Under the pieces are notes generated by a model, which was given only the letters and a program-made list of their open reading frames with translations, ran no database searches and was not told where the DNA came from. This document shows, piece after piece, positions 8,174 through 17,598 of a stretch of DNA of 64,000 nucleotides (position 1 is its first letter; each line of letters starts with the position of its first letter). Source of the stretch: Bacilli bacterium (GTDB taxonomy: Bacteria > Bacillota_I > Bacilli_A > ML615J-28 > CAG-313). The position numbers and the translations under genes were made by a program. The DNA lies in contig JAFQFT010000011.1 of NCBI GenBank assembly GCA_017398545.1, forward strand, positions 31,429 to 95,428. The letters run 5' to 3'.

Positions 8174-11140
8174 TTAGATAACAGTTATTGCTATTGTACC
8201 GATATAACTATCGTCGTATTTATTTATGCATGTTATAGTTACAGTTCCTTTAGAAACACCATGTACTATACCATAAATATCCACAGTGGCAATAGAATTA
8301 TCACTGCTAGTCCAAACATAATCTTGCCTTATATTAGTAGGCCCACCTGATACAATGCATATACTACGTGTATATCCAACATGAACTGTTGTTTCTCCTG
8401 CATTACCACCTAATTTCGAATATTCTGTTCCGTTTAATGATTCATCAACATTGGAATCAGTTGTTAGCGAAACAATTGAAGTTGATCCAGCCTTTTCATA
8501 AACTATAATTTCAAGTGTAGCTACATGGTTAAGGTTATATTTATCTGTTACCCTTATAATAGTACTTCCAACCTTCTTCGCAAAAACAGTTCCGAATGCA
8601 CTTACTGTGGCAACAGACGGATCTGTACTCATCCATACGTAATCGTTATATCTTGAATCAAATTCAGCATCATTTCCTAGATATAATACTCTTGTAAAAC
8701 CTATCGCTATAGTATTATAATATCTATCTCCATTATTAACAGTAACTTCTGTTCCCAATCCTGTTGTTTCTGTAGCGTAATCAGTTTCAGTTGTTATTGT
8801 AAAAGAATACGCTGGACATTCCTCAATAAAGAATGTATAATCTATTAAATCGTTGCCATTAAAATATCCAAAATACAATATATCGCCTTTTAGCAGCTGT
8901 ATATCTAAACTAATTGTTAATTTTGAAACATTACATTTGATAAAATTTTCCAAGGTCAATGAATTATCATGTAATTTATACACAACAAAAATCATATTAT
9001 TTTGCGTTTGACCATTATTAGTAAAACTATAACTTACTTTATAGTTGCTATTATACGGAATATTAACAAATGATAGTTTATCTCCGATATTTGATGCTAA
9101 TTTGTATTCTTCACTTAATTGATACTCTTCCTGTACATTTAATAAATTATAATGTATTTCACCACTTGATGGAATATTAAACCTTACATAATAATAATTT
9201 CCTTTTTCTAGAAAAACATTAATACTACTGAAATTTTGAATAGAAATAGCATCATTTGTATAACTTTCAATACTAAATTTATCTATAATATTCATTCCTT
9301 CATCATATATTTCAAAACCAATTGGGATTTCAATAGAATTATTTATACTATACATTTCCATTGTATATAAATCATCTTGTGTACAATAAATTTTTATAAT
9401 ACTTTCATTACTACCTGATAGAATATAATCATTTAATATTATTTCCTTTGTACTTGTGATTTGAAACGGTTTTATTGACACATCATATGCTCGAGAATTT
9501 TGTGGAAAATGTCCTATTTCCACCTCAAAGTAATATTTTTTTTCTTTATCAAAAATAAAAGATACAGTTCCATAATTAGATGCTACTACTTTATCATTTT
9601 CATATAATTTTATTGTAGAATGTGTTGGGACACTTATGGTATAATATCCTGAATACTCAGGCGTAAAGGAAAAACTATCATATTTTCCATCTTGTATCAT
9701 ATAACCTCTTGTTTTCTCAAAAATAGTAACATTTTTATGTTGCTTTTTACCTAATAATAAATTAAAAGATGATGTTGCAATACCAATTTCTTCAAATGAA
9801 TCATTTGATTCATTAGCATATGAAATTTGAATTCTTGAACCATATGTTAAGTAAGCTTCACTTTTTGAAACACTATCCAAATCCCAATGATAACTGATAT
9901 AGTTGTACTCAGGAAATCCTAAATCATCATAAGTTATTGGTCTAAATACTAGTGCATTATTATTATTACTTGTTATACTTTTTGCATCAATTTTCCATAA
10001 ACTATTGTTTTTATCAATTTGCTCTGTTCTTCCACCTAAATTATAATCACTTGGGTTATTATTTAATTCCTTCAATTCATATCCAATATGAGTATCACCT
10101 ATTTTGTAATCAAGAACAACATAACAATCGTACACTATTTGACCAATATCCAAGGCCTTACCAATTTTTGGGTTTATCATTCCAATACCTTCCAATAAAA
10201 TATTAGCTTTTGATTGATTGGCAGTTTGTAAATCAACATTAACTGAGGATATTCCATATCCACTATATAATGCATATGAACGATTAATAATATAACCAGA
10301 ATCTAAATTGACATCATAAGTAGAATCAAATACATTATTCATATGTGCATTTGTTATATTAACAAAAGCAAATGAATCCTTAATAGCATATAAATCTTTA
10401 TTTGGTTGAGTTTCCTCATAATTTTGTTGATATACATAACCATATATACATGATTCCTTTTCATCAGTAGGTTTAGGAAGTGGAATTACGACATCAGAAT
10501 AAGATGAATACGCCTCACTATCTAAACTTAACTTAAAATTTTCAATAACAATTTCACTGTTATTATAAAATATATATTCACTCAAGTAAATAAATGTAAA
10601 AACATATAAAGGTGTAATCGTATATGTGAACTCTTCTTCACTTAGATTATATATAGCTTCTATATCATAAATAAATACATCAACTAAATTTGCAGTTTTT
10701 AAATCACCATTAGAAGAGTAAGCTTTAGTATTAACGAAAAATCCATATTCTTTCCCTGTATATGTATATATTCCTCTATGAATAAATAATTCCTTAGGTA
10801 CTAAATATATAATAGGATCATCTCCATGTATAGTAGCGTTACCATTTGAAAAAATAGTAGGCTTTTTAGTATAATCCATATAAAAGCCACAAAAAGAATG
10901 CCTTGGATCGTTATAATTATGAACATTTACATTATAAAAATCCGCCCACTCTGGAATATCTTTACTATTAGTATAATCATCATAATCACCTTCAGTAATT
11001 GTTAAACTTGTATTCATCTTATCTAAGACGCTTGATTCAGTTGGTGTAGAAACACTTGCATGAACATCAAAATTACTAACTGAAACAAACACAATTACTA
11101 TTAATGTAAAAATTATAATAACTTTTAAAATTTTTTTCAT
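8174..11140 (-). CDS. Large secreted protein with two C-terminal Big_2 Ig-like domains
   Basis: Signal peptide (MKKILK...VHA); repeats YVWMSTDPSVATVSAFGTV and YVWTSSDNSIATVDIYGIV; RBS AGGAGG. Confidence 0.8.
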   Translation of the reverse strand: MKKILKVIIIFTLIVIVFVSVSNFDVHASVSTPTESSVLDKMNTSLTITEGDYDDYTNSKDIPEWADFYNVNVHNYNDPRHSFCGFYMDYTKKPTIFSNGNATIHGDDPIIYLVPKELFIHRGIYTYTGKEYGFFVNTKAYSSNGDLKTANLVDVFIYDIEAIYNLSEEEFTYTITPLYVFTFIYLSEYIFYNNSEIVIENFKLSLDSEAYSSYSDVVIPLPKPTDEKESCIYGYVYQQNYEETQPNKDLYAIKDSFAFVNITNAHMNNVFDSTYDVNLDSGYIINRSYALYSGYGISSVNVDLQTANQSKANILLEGIGMINPKIGKALDIGQIVYDCYVVLDYKIGDTHIGYELKELNNNPSDYNLGGRTEQIDKNNSLWKIDAKSITSNNNNALVFRPITYDDLGFPEYNYISYHWDLDSVSKSEAYLTYGSRIQISYANESNDSFEEIGIATSSFNLLLGKKQHKNVTIFEKTRGYMIQDGKYDSFSFTPEYSGYYTISVPTHSTIKLYENDKVVASNYGTVSFIFDKEKKYYFEVEIGHFPQNSRAYDVSIKPFQITSTKEIILNDYILSGSNESIIKIYCTQDDLYTMEMYSINNSIEIPIGFEIYDEGMNIIDKFSIESYTNDAISIQNFSSINVFLEKGNYYYVRFNIPSSGEIHYNLLNVQEEYQLSEEYKLASNIGDKLSFVNIPYNSNYKVSYSFTNNGQTQNNMIFVVYKLHDNSLTLENFIKCNVSKLTISLDIQLLKGDILYFGYFNGNDLIDYTFFIEECPAYSFTITTETDYATETTGLGTEVTVNNGDRYYNTIAIGFTRVLYLGNDAEFDSRYNDYVWMSTDPSVATVSAFGTVFAKKVGSTIIRVTDKYNLNHVATLEIIVYEKAGSTSIVSLTTDSNVDESLNGTEYSKLGGNAGETTVHVGYTRSICIVSGGPTNIRQDYVWTSSDNSIATVDIYGIVHGVSKGTVTITCINKYDDSYIGTIAITVI

Positions 11141-11345
11141 TATACAACCTCCTTGTATATGCTATGTGCATAATTTAAAGCTCATCTTCACCAAAATAAT
11201 CAAATGTTTTTCCCCTATTTAATTCTAAATACTTTAAGGTAATTATTAGAAATATTTTTAAAGTATGAGTTATATGTTTATTATATCATATTTATTACAT
11301 AAAAAAAGAAAAAAATAAATTATTTTTTTAGGATTTTATTCTTAT

Positions 11346-11518
11346 TGTGCCTAACTATCACCTTAAATTAGTAATTAAATAATATCCTAACTAACCTTTA
11401 AACTTAAGTTAAGTACGCTGCATAGGGGCTAATTAGTATAGTCCCTATTGCATCATTTTCCTTAACTTGCGGCACATTAAATATATTAGTTATTTATAAT
11501 CATCATTATGGATAACAA
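11346..11518 (-). repeat. Structured element copy B (putative ncRNA or cis element); strand tentative
   Basis: Homologous to 2128-2301; TGTGCC...GGCACA closing stem spans the same 131 nt. Confidence 0.7.
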
Positions 11519-11541
11519 TATGTGAACTGGGAAGAGTCCCG

Positions 11542-11676
11542 TTTCAACCTAACTATGGATATGGATGTTGTCAACAACAAACTACTTCTTGTGGTAGCAA
11601 CTTTGGTGGTTATGGCTACGCTTTAATTCTAGTATTATTCATTTTATTAGTAATTATCGGTACTGCAAGATGGTAA
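11542..11676 (+). pseudogene. YjcZ/SscA-family sporulation peptide lacking its start codon
   Basis: FQPNYGYGCCQQQTTSCGSNFGGYGYALILVLFILLVIIGTARW*; family signature ALIxVLFILLxIxG; no in-frame ATG or RBS; terminator 11685-11711. Confidence 0.75.
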
Positions 11677-11731
11677 TAAAATTTAAAAGGGAGCTTTATG
11701 CTCCTTTTTTTAATAATTAATTTAAGTATTT

Positions 11732-11790
11732 AAAAAAGTGGCGGGGAAATTCCCCGCCTTTCAGTTGACCAAGACCTTCCGGTCAGCCCA
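11732..11790 (-). other. GC-rich double hairpin (possible sRNA plus terminator)
   Basis: GACC-GGAA-GGTC followed by GGCGGGGAA-T-TTCCCCGCC and a T run on the minus strand. Confidence 0.45.
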
Positions 11791-11953
11791 AAAAGTAATA
11801 TTACATTTATATATTTTATCATATCATAAATATTAAAATAAATCATCATATTTATGAACTTTTATTTTAACATTTATATTTAGTTTTACAATTAAAATAA
11901 TTAATATTTAACTGATATAAATCATACCTAAATATTGTTTAAAAGAACTTGTA

Positions 11954-12823
11954 TTAAATTACTATTGATTCACTTATCGAAAATATTTTTTTTCCTAAAT
12001 CTTTAATTGAATGTCCTAAATGATATAAACTATTTTGATCTATTATAATATATCTATCATGAACCTTAGTAGTATATCTAACGTTCAAACCCCCATACTG
12101 ACTGTTAAACGCATTAATATCAATACCTAACAATCTTGAATTTATACTAGTATAAATAATAACTTGAACATTGTTTTTCTTTACTACTAATCTATCAAGT
12201 ATTGTTCTATCTACATAATTATCAATTATTATAATTTCGTTATTGGCTTTTTCAATTAGCGATTGTACAAATGCATACGCATCATAAATCTCTCCATCAA
12301 AAAATAATTGTGAATTTTTAAATTCATGAGGCTTGTACTCTTTTTCAATACAACTAACTCTTTCATCTAAAGATTCGACTTTATTAATCAATTTAACATA
12401 ATTTTCATTAGTAACTAATGATCTTTCTTCATTTATAACATAACCTTTTAATAGATATTCCTTTAATACATTATTAGCCCATTTTCTAAATATTACTCCC
12501 ATTATTGAGTTAACTCTATATCCAACCGAAATAATTACATCTAAATTAAATAATTTTATGTCTACTTTTGTTTTTCTCATCTTTCCAGTACGTGGATCAT
12601 ATTTATTTAGCTCAGTTGCAAAAAATGCAACACAGCTATTTTCATCTAATTCATTTATTTGAAATATATTTTTTATATGTCTTGAAATAACAGATTTATC
12701 TCTCTCAAACAACAAAGCAATTTGATCTAATGAAAGCCATATCGTATTTTCAAAAGGAGATACCTTAACATCTATTTCCAAATTATTATTATTAAACTTT
12801 ATTATTTCATAAATTTCCTTCAT
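11954..12823 (-). CDS. RhuM-family protein with C-terminal PLD-like domain; probable terminal frameshift
   Basis: TIWLSLDQIALLFERDKSVISRHI, NLDVIISVGYRVNS, FRKWA, HDRYIIID...LGHSIKDLGKK; another frame continues SNLIQVLLNNI* to 11928. Confidence 0.85.
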   Translation of the reverse strand: MKEIYEIIKFNNNNLEIDVKVSPFENTIWLSLDQIALLFERDKSVISRHIKNIFQINELDENSCVAFFATELNKYDPRTGKMRKTKVDIKLFNLDVIISVGYRVNSIMGVIFRKWANNVLKEYLLKGYVINEERSLVTNENYVKLINKVESLDERVSCIEKEYKPHEFKNSQLFFDGEIYDAYAFVQSLIEKANNEIIIIDNYVDRTILDRLVVKKNNVQVIIYTSINSRLLGIDINAFNSQYGGLNVRYTTKVHDRYIIIDQNSLYHLGHSIKDLGKKIFSISESIVI

Positions 12824-13124
12824 GTGTTCCCTCCATTAATTCTACCCCTCTTAAAATAACATCTAATTCAGTATTTAACGCACTTGCATATTTAACTAAA
12901 AAGAATATAGTTGGTGAATTACTCATGTTTTCAAATCTAGTAATTTGTTGACGCATTACACCCATTTTTTCAGCAATCTCTTGTTGAGTGTAACCGGATT
13001 TTTCTCTTAAAAATATAAATTGCATTACTATTTTAGCTCTAAGCCATAGTTCTTGTTCTTCGATTGCCATTTCTTTTAATTCATTATGATTGTAAATTTC
13101 TAACACTTTATTTAAATTTTTCAT
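12807..13124 (-). CDS. Xre HTH protein (HigA antitoxin-like)
   Basis: LREKSGYTQQEIAEKMGVMRQQITRFENMSNSPT. Confidence 0.75.
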   Translation of the reverse strand: MKNLNKVLEIYNHNELKEMAIEEQELWLRAKIVMQFIFLREKSGYTQQEIAEKMGVMRQQITRFENMSNSPTIFFLVKYASALNTELDVILRGVELMEGTHEGNL

Positions 13125-13415
13125 ACTTACACCTCAATTGTATTGTATCATATCTTTACAATCTTCGCAACATTTTTGTTTCATTATATTAAAAAATCTA
13201 ACTTAGATATAGATATGTAATTTAACCTAATATACTACAAAAATTTCCTGATCATAAAAATATACTAACTTATATAAACTTGCAATTTGCGTTTTTAGCA
13301 AATTCCCTTATGTATTAATTTTTTATCATTTAATACATCTACTTTAAATTTTTCAATTGCTAACTTCTCTCTTATAAAAATAAAACTAGGTATTCTATTT
13401 TTATCAATAAAATGT

Positions 13416-13493
13416 TTTCAACCTAACTATGGCTACGCTTTAATTCTAGTATTATTCATTTTATTAGTAATTATCGGTACTGCAAGATGGTAA
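13416..13493 (+). pseudogene. Second, internally deleted YjcZ-like fragment
   Basis: Identical to 11542-11676 except a 57-bp deletion between TATGG repeats; ATG at 13412 is out of frame by one extra T; terminator 13504-13530. Confidence 0.75.
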
Positions 13494-13592
13494 TAATTTA
13501 ATTAAAAAGGAGCAGTTGCTCCTTTTTTTTGTTATTTTTTTTTACAAATTAATAATAATATGATATAATATATCCATAAAGAGGTGATTTAT

Positions 13593-14183
13593 ATGGCAAA
13601 AAATAAAAAAGTTAAAAAACCAGGAATTCTAGCAGAATTCAAACAATTCATTACACGTGGTAATGTTGTTGATATGGCAACTGGGGTTATTGTTGCAAGT
13701 GCATTTACTAAAATCGTAACATCACTTACTAATAACGTATTCTTACCTTTAGTTAACTATATCGTATTCTTACTTACTGGTGGTAAAGAAGTATTATTAA
13801 TCACAGTACTTAACGGTGAGGATTACTTAGTTGAAACAACTGATGCTGCAGGTGTTGTGACTTCTTCTGTTAACCCAGAATGTATATATATTAACTGGGG
13901 TATTGTTGTTGAAGCAATTATCAACTTTATCTTAATTGCTGCTATTATTTTTACAATTGTAAAAGTAATTAATTCTACACGTAAAAAACTTGATGCAATC
14001 AAAGCTAAAGCTAATGAAGATGAACTTGCTGCTAAGAAAGCTGAAGAGGAAGAAGCTGCAAGAATCGCTGCTATTGAAGCAGAAAAAGCTGCTATCGCAA
14101 AAGCTGCTGCTGACAAGGCTAAAGCTGAAGAAACTTCAACTAATGCATTACTTGTAGAAATTATTAATTTACTTAATAAATAA
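13593..14183 (+). CDS. mscL: Large-conductance mechanosensitive channel with Ala/Glu/Lys-rich extension
   Basis: EFKQFITRGNVVDMATGVIV, INFILIA, LLVEI; promoter TTTACA-17-TATAAT at 13541-13569; terminator ~14193-14224. Confidence 0.9.
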   Translation: MAKNKKVKKPGILAEFKQFITRGNVVDMATGVIVASAFTKIVTSLTNNVFLPLVNYIVFLLTGGKEVLLITVLNGEDYLVETTDAAGVVTSSVNPECIYINWGIVVEAIINFILIAAIIFTIVKVINSTRKKLDAIKAKANEDELAAKKAEEEEAARIAAIEAEKAAIAKAAADKAKAEETSTNALLVEIINLLNK

Positions 14184-14278
14184 TTAGAATTAAACTACGA
14201 ATCATTTTGGTTCGTAGTTTTTTTCTTGATAAATTCATATAATTATAGTATAATTAAAATATGTGAGGTATAATTATT

Positions 14279-14857
14279 ATGATTACAATGAAAGATGTTA
14301 TTAGAGAAGGAAATCCATTATTAAAAGAAAAATCAGTTGATGTTAAAATTCCTTTATCTAAAGAAGATGAACAGTTGATGATTGATATGATGGAATATGT
14401 ATATAATTCATGTGATCCAGAACTAAATGAAAAATATGACTTACGTCCTGCTGTTGGACTTGCTGCTCCACAACTTGGTATTTTAAAGAAAATGATTGCA
14501 ATTGTAGCACCAGATGAAAATGGTGAGGAACATGAATTTGCACTTATTAATCCTAAACTAATTAGTTATTCAGATGAACTTACATACTTAGAAGGTGGTG
14601 AAGGATGTTTATCTGTTGATAGAGCATGTAATTCATTAATTCACCGTCCTGCAAGAGTAACTTTTGAAGCATACTTTTATGATTTAGATACAGGCAAATT
14701 AGAGAAAAAACGAATGAGACTAAAAGGGTACTTAGCAGTAGTATTCCAACATGAGTATGATCATTTAAATGGTATTTTATTTGTGGACCGTGAAAATAAA
14801 GAAAATCCATATTATATTCCAGAAAATTCTAAACCAATTAAATTTAATGAAGAATAG
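14279..14857 (+). CDS. def: Peptide deformylase
   Basis: GLAAPQ, EGCLS, QHEYDHL. Confidence 0.95.
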   Translation: MITMKDVIREGNPLLKEKSVDVKIPLSKEDEQLMIDMMEYVYNSCDPELNEKYDLRPAVGLAAPQLGILKKMIAIVAPDENGEEHEFALINPKLISYSDELTYLEGGEGCLSVDRACNSLIHRPARVTFEAYFYDLDTGKLEKKRMRLKGYLAVVFQHEYDHLNGILFVDRENKENPYYIPENSKPIKFNEE

Positions 14858-14891
14858 AAAAAAGATAGAAAGTTTTTGAACTTTCTATCTT

Positions 14892-15677
14892 TTATTTTTC
14901 ATTTAAAACATATTTTCTAACTGCATCTGCAAGGCCACCTTCTTCAATTAGTCCAGTGATATATGTTGCAGCAGATTTAGCAGCAGGAGTACATTTACCC
15001 ATTACAATGCTCGTATTACATAATTTAAACATTGGAACATCATTATCAGAATCGCCAAATGCATATGTATTTTTAATATCATAATTCATAATTTCTGTAA
15101 TTTTTTTAATTCCTGTTGCTTTATCACGATTAGCAGGTATTACGTCAGCTCCAAATACACCCCATTTAAAGAATGTTAATTCTTTAAAGTTCTTGCTTGT
15201 TTTATCTATTTCATCATTATTTCCAAGTAACCAAAATTGAATTACTTCACTAAAATAAAAATCATCTTCTTCTTTTAATAATATATATGGTCCAGGTACA
15301 TTTCTATCAAATGATACTTTAATTTCATCATTAAAATACATTCTTAAGTTACCATGTAATGTAGATGCTGAAAAAGATATTTTATTTTTAATCATAAATG
15401 TAACAACATTTTTTACAAGATCTTTATCTATGAAATCATAATAAGTTTTATCACCAATAATAAGGTGACCACCATTCGCAAGATTAAGTCCTGTAAAATA
15501 AGGAACTATATGTTCAACATCATTTAATGTATCACGCCCTCTACCACTAGATAAATATAAATCAATATCTGGATTATTTGATAATTCTTTTAATACTTCT
15601 AATGTAGATGGTTCTACAATTCTTTTTTTAGGCGTAAGTAGTGTTCCATCAACATCAAAGAATAATACTTTTTTCAT
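14892..15677 (-). CDS. Cof-type HAD-IIB hydrolase
   Basis: FFDVDGTLL, SSGR, AFGDSDNDVPM. Confidence 0.9.
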   Translation of the reverse strand: MKKVLFFDVDGTLLTPKKRIVEPSTLEVLKELSNNPDIDLYLSSGRGRDTLNDVEHIVPYFTGLNLANGGHLIIGDKTYYDFIDKDLVKNVVTFMIKNKISFSASTLHGNLRMYFNDEIKVSFDRNVPGPYILLKEEDDFYFSEVIQFWLLGNNDEIDKTSKNFKELTFFKWGVFGADVIPANRDKATGIKKITEIMNYDIKNTYAFGDSDNDVPMFKLCNTSIVMGKCTPAAKSAATYITGLIEEGGLADAVRKYVLNEK

Positions 15678-15678
15678 A

Positions 15679-17553
15679 CTATCTTATCTTTTTAATGGAA
15701 ACAACAATTAATGGTTTACGGTCCATTTTATTATATATAAATTGATACATTTGATTTGCTATTTGACGTTCTAATGCACTAAATGAAAGATTAGAATTAT
15801 CTTTATTTAAATTATTATATATTTCAACACACTTGTTTGATAACATTGAAATTAACTCATCTGCCTTATCTGGAGTTGAAAAGCCATTAAGTGTTACTAT
15901 CGGTTTATTAATAATCTCTTTTTTCTTATTAATAAAGAAAGTTGCACTAACTAATCCTTCATCAGCCATCTTTCTTCTTTCTTTTAGAACATTACTGTCA
16001 ACATCAGATAATGATCCATCTAAATATACATCGGATGCTTTAACTGCATCTTTTATAACAGTAGCACCAGTATTATTAATATTTAGTACATCACCAGGTG
16101 CAAGAACAAAACAGTTTTCTTTTTTAAGTCCTAAACCTAGTGCAATTTCAACATGCTTTCTCAACATGAAATATTCACCATGTACAGGAACAAAGTATTT
16201 TGGTTTCATAAATGATAACATCATTCTAAGTTCGTTTTGCGATGCATGTCCTGTTGTATGTGTATCTGTAAGTGGGTTGTTTTTTATTACGTGTGCTCCT
16301 GCATGAACTAGGTTATTAATATTTCTATTAATAAATTGTTCATTACCAGGAATAGGTTTAGAAGAATAAATTATTGTATCATCAGGTAGCAACTGAATTT
16401 GTTTATGAGTGCCTGCTGCAATTCTAGATAATGCCGCAAGAGGTTCACCTTGTGAACCAGTACAAAGAATTGTAACATGCTCAGTTTCAATCTTCTTTAA
16501 TTCTCTAGCACGAAGAATCCAACCTTTTGGAGCATCAATATAATTAAGCTTAATAGCTGCTTCTATTGTTTTTTCCATACTATGACCAAATACAATAACT
16601 TTTCTACCACATTCAATTGATGATGCAATTATTTGTTGTACACGATATACATTAGATGCAAAAGTTGCTACAATAATTCTACCTTCAATTTGATGGAATA
16701 AACTATCTAGTGTTTCTGCAATCTTTCTTTCACTTGATGAAAATTCATCAATGTTAGCGTTAGTACTTTCTGATAACAAACATACAACGCCTTCTTCACC
16801 AAGTCTAGTCATCTTATGAAAATCAGACATATGACCAAGTGGACTAAAGTCAAACTTAAAGTCACCACTATTTACAACATAACCATACTTAGTTTTTATT
16901 GCCATCCCATATGAATCTGGAATTGAGTGATTTGTTCTAAAAAATGAAACACTTGTGTTTTTATATTCAATTACATCATCACTTGTAAATTCTTTTAAGT
17001 TATATTCAATATCAGGAAATTCTGCTAATTTATTTTGAATTAAAGGTACCGCAATACCAGCAGCATAAATAGTTGGAATTTTTACTTTTTGTAGTAAAAA
17101 TGGTAATCCACCAATATGATCTTCATGTCCATGTGTTATAAATAAACCTGCAATACGACTTTCATTTTCAACTAGATGCGTAAAATCAGGAATGATATAG
17201 TTTACACCATGAACATCATCATCAGCAAACAGTACTCCCGCATCAATAACGATGATTTCATCATCTACTTCTACAACATACATGTTCATTCCAACAACAC
17301 CTAAACCACCTAGTGAATAAACTTTTACATTTTGTTCTTTAACAACTGGTTTTCTCCCTAATTCTTTTCTTGGTTTATATTTAACAACTTTTTTAGGTTC
17401 AACAGAAACATCAGTTGCAACTTCATTATTAGGTTCTTTCACTGGACTATTATTTACAACTTGTTCAGTATTTTGTTGTTTATTATTAGTTGGTTTTTTC
17501 TTCTTATAATATTTCTTTGGTTTATTAGAACTATTAGGTTGTTTATTTTCCAT
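15679..17553 (-). CDS. rnj: Ribonuclease J with low-complexity N-terminal extension
   Basis: HGHEDHIGG, NHSIPD, GSQGEP, HTTGHA, PVHGE. Confidence 0.95.
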   Translation of the reverse strand: MENKQPNSSNKPKKYYKKKKPTNNKQQNTEQVVNNSPVKEPNNEVATDVSVEPKKVVKYKPRKELGRKPVVKEQNVKVYSLGGLGVVGMNMYVVEVDDEIIVIDAGVLFADDDVHGVNYIIPDFTHLVENESRIAGLFITHGHEDHIGGLPFLLQKVKIPTIYAAGIAVPLIQNKLAEFPDIEYNLKEFTSDDVIEYKNTSVSFFRTNHSIPDSYGMAIKTKYGYVVNSGDFKFDFSPLGHMSDFHKMTRLGEEGVVCLLSESTNANIDEFSSSERKIAETLDSLFHQIEGRIIVATFASNVYRVQQIIASSIECGRKVIVFGHSMEKTIEAAIKLNYIDAPKGWILRARELKKIETEHVTILCTGSQGEPLAALSRIAAGTHKQIQLLPDDTIIYSSKPIPGNEQFINRNINNLVHAGAHVIKNNPLTDTHTTGHASQNELRMMLSFMKPKYFVPVHGEYFMLRKHVEIALGLGLKKENCFVLAPGDVLNINNTGATVIKDAVKASDVYLDGSLSDVDSNVLKERRKMADEGLVSATFFINKKKEIINKPIVTLNGFSTPDKADELISMLSNKCVEIYNNLNKDNSNLSFSALERQIANQMYQFIYNKMDRKPLIVVSIKKIR

Positions 17554-17598
17554 TTGTTTCCTCCTTTCCTCATAATTTTTATATTTTAATAAATATTT

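Larger units (their letters stand above)
4869..11541. mobile_element. Decayed serine-recombinase integrative element (left boundary uncertain)
   Basis: Recombinase, TnpW-like, ImmA/ImmR-like and cargo genes; right end abuts a start-less yjcZ-like gene at 11542. Confidence 0.55.

Noticed and set aside
2128-11518. Integron attC sites
   Set aside because: No proper RYYYAAC/GTTRRRY ends, not placed at each gene end, and no tyrosine integrase seen.
11555-11626. Type I toxin peptide MDMDVVNNKLLLVVATLVVMATL
   Set aside because: No RBS; it is an alternate frame of the yjcZ-like sequence.
11732-11790. SRP RNA (CCGGAAGG)
   Set aside because: Lacks the CAGG/AGCAG internal loops and the long stem.
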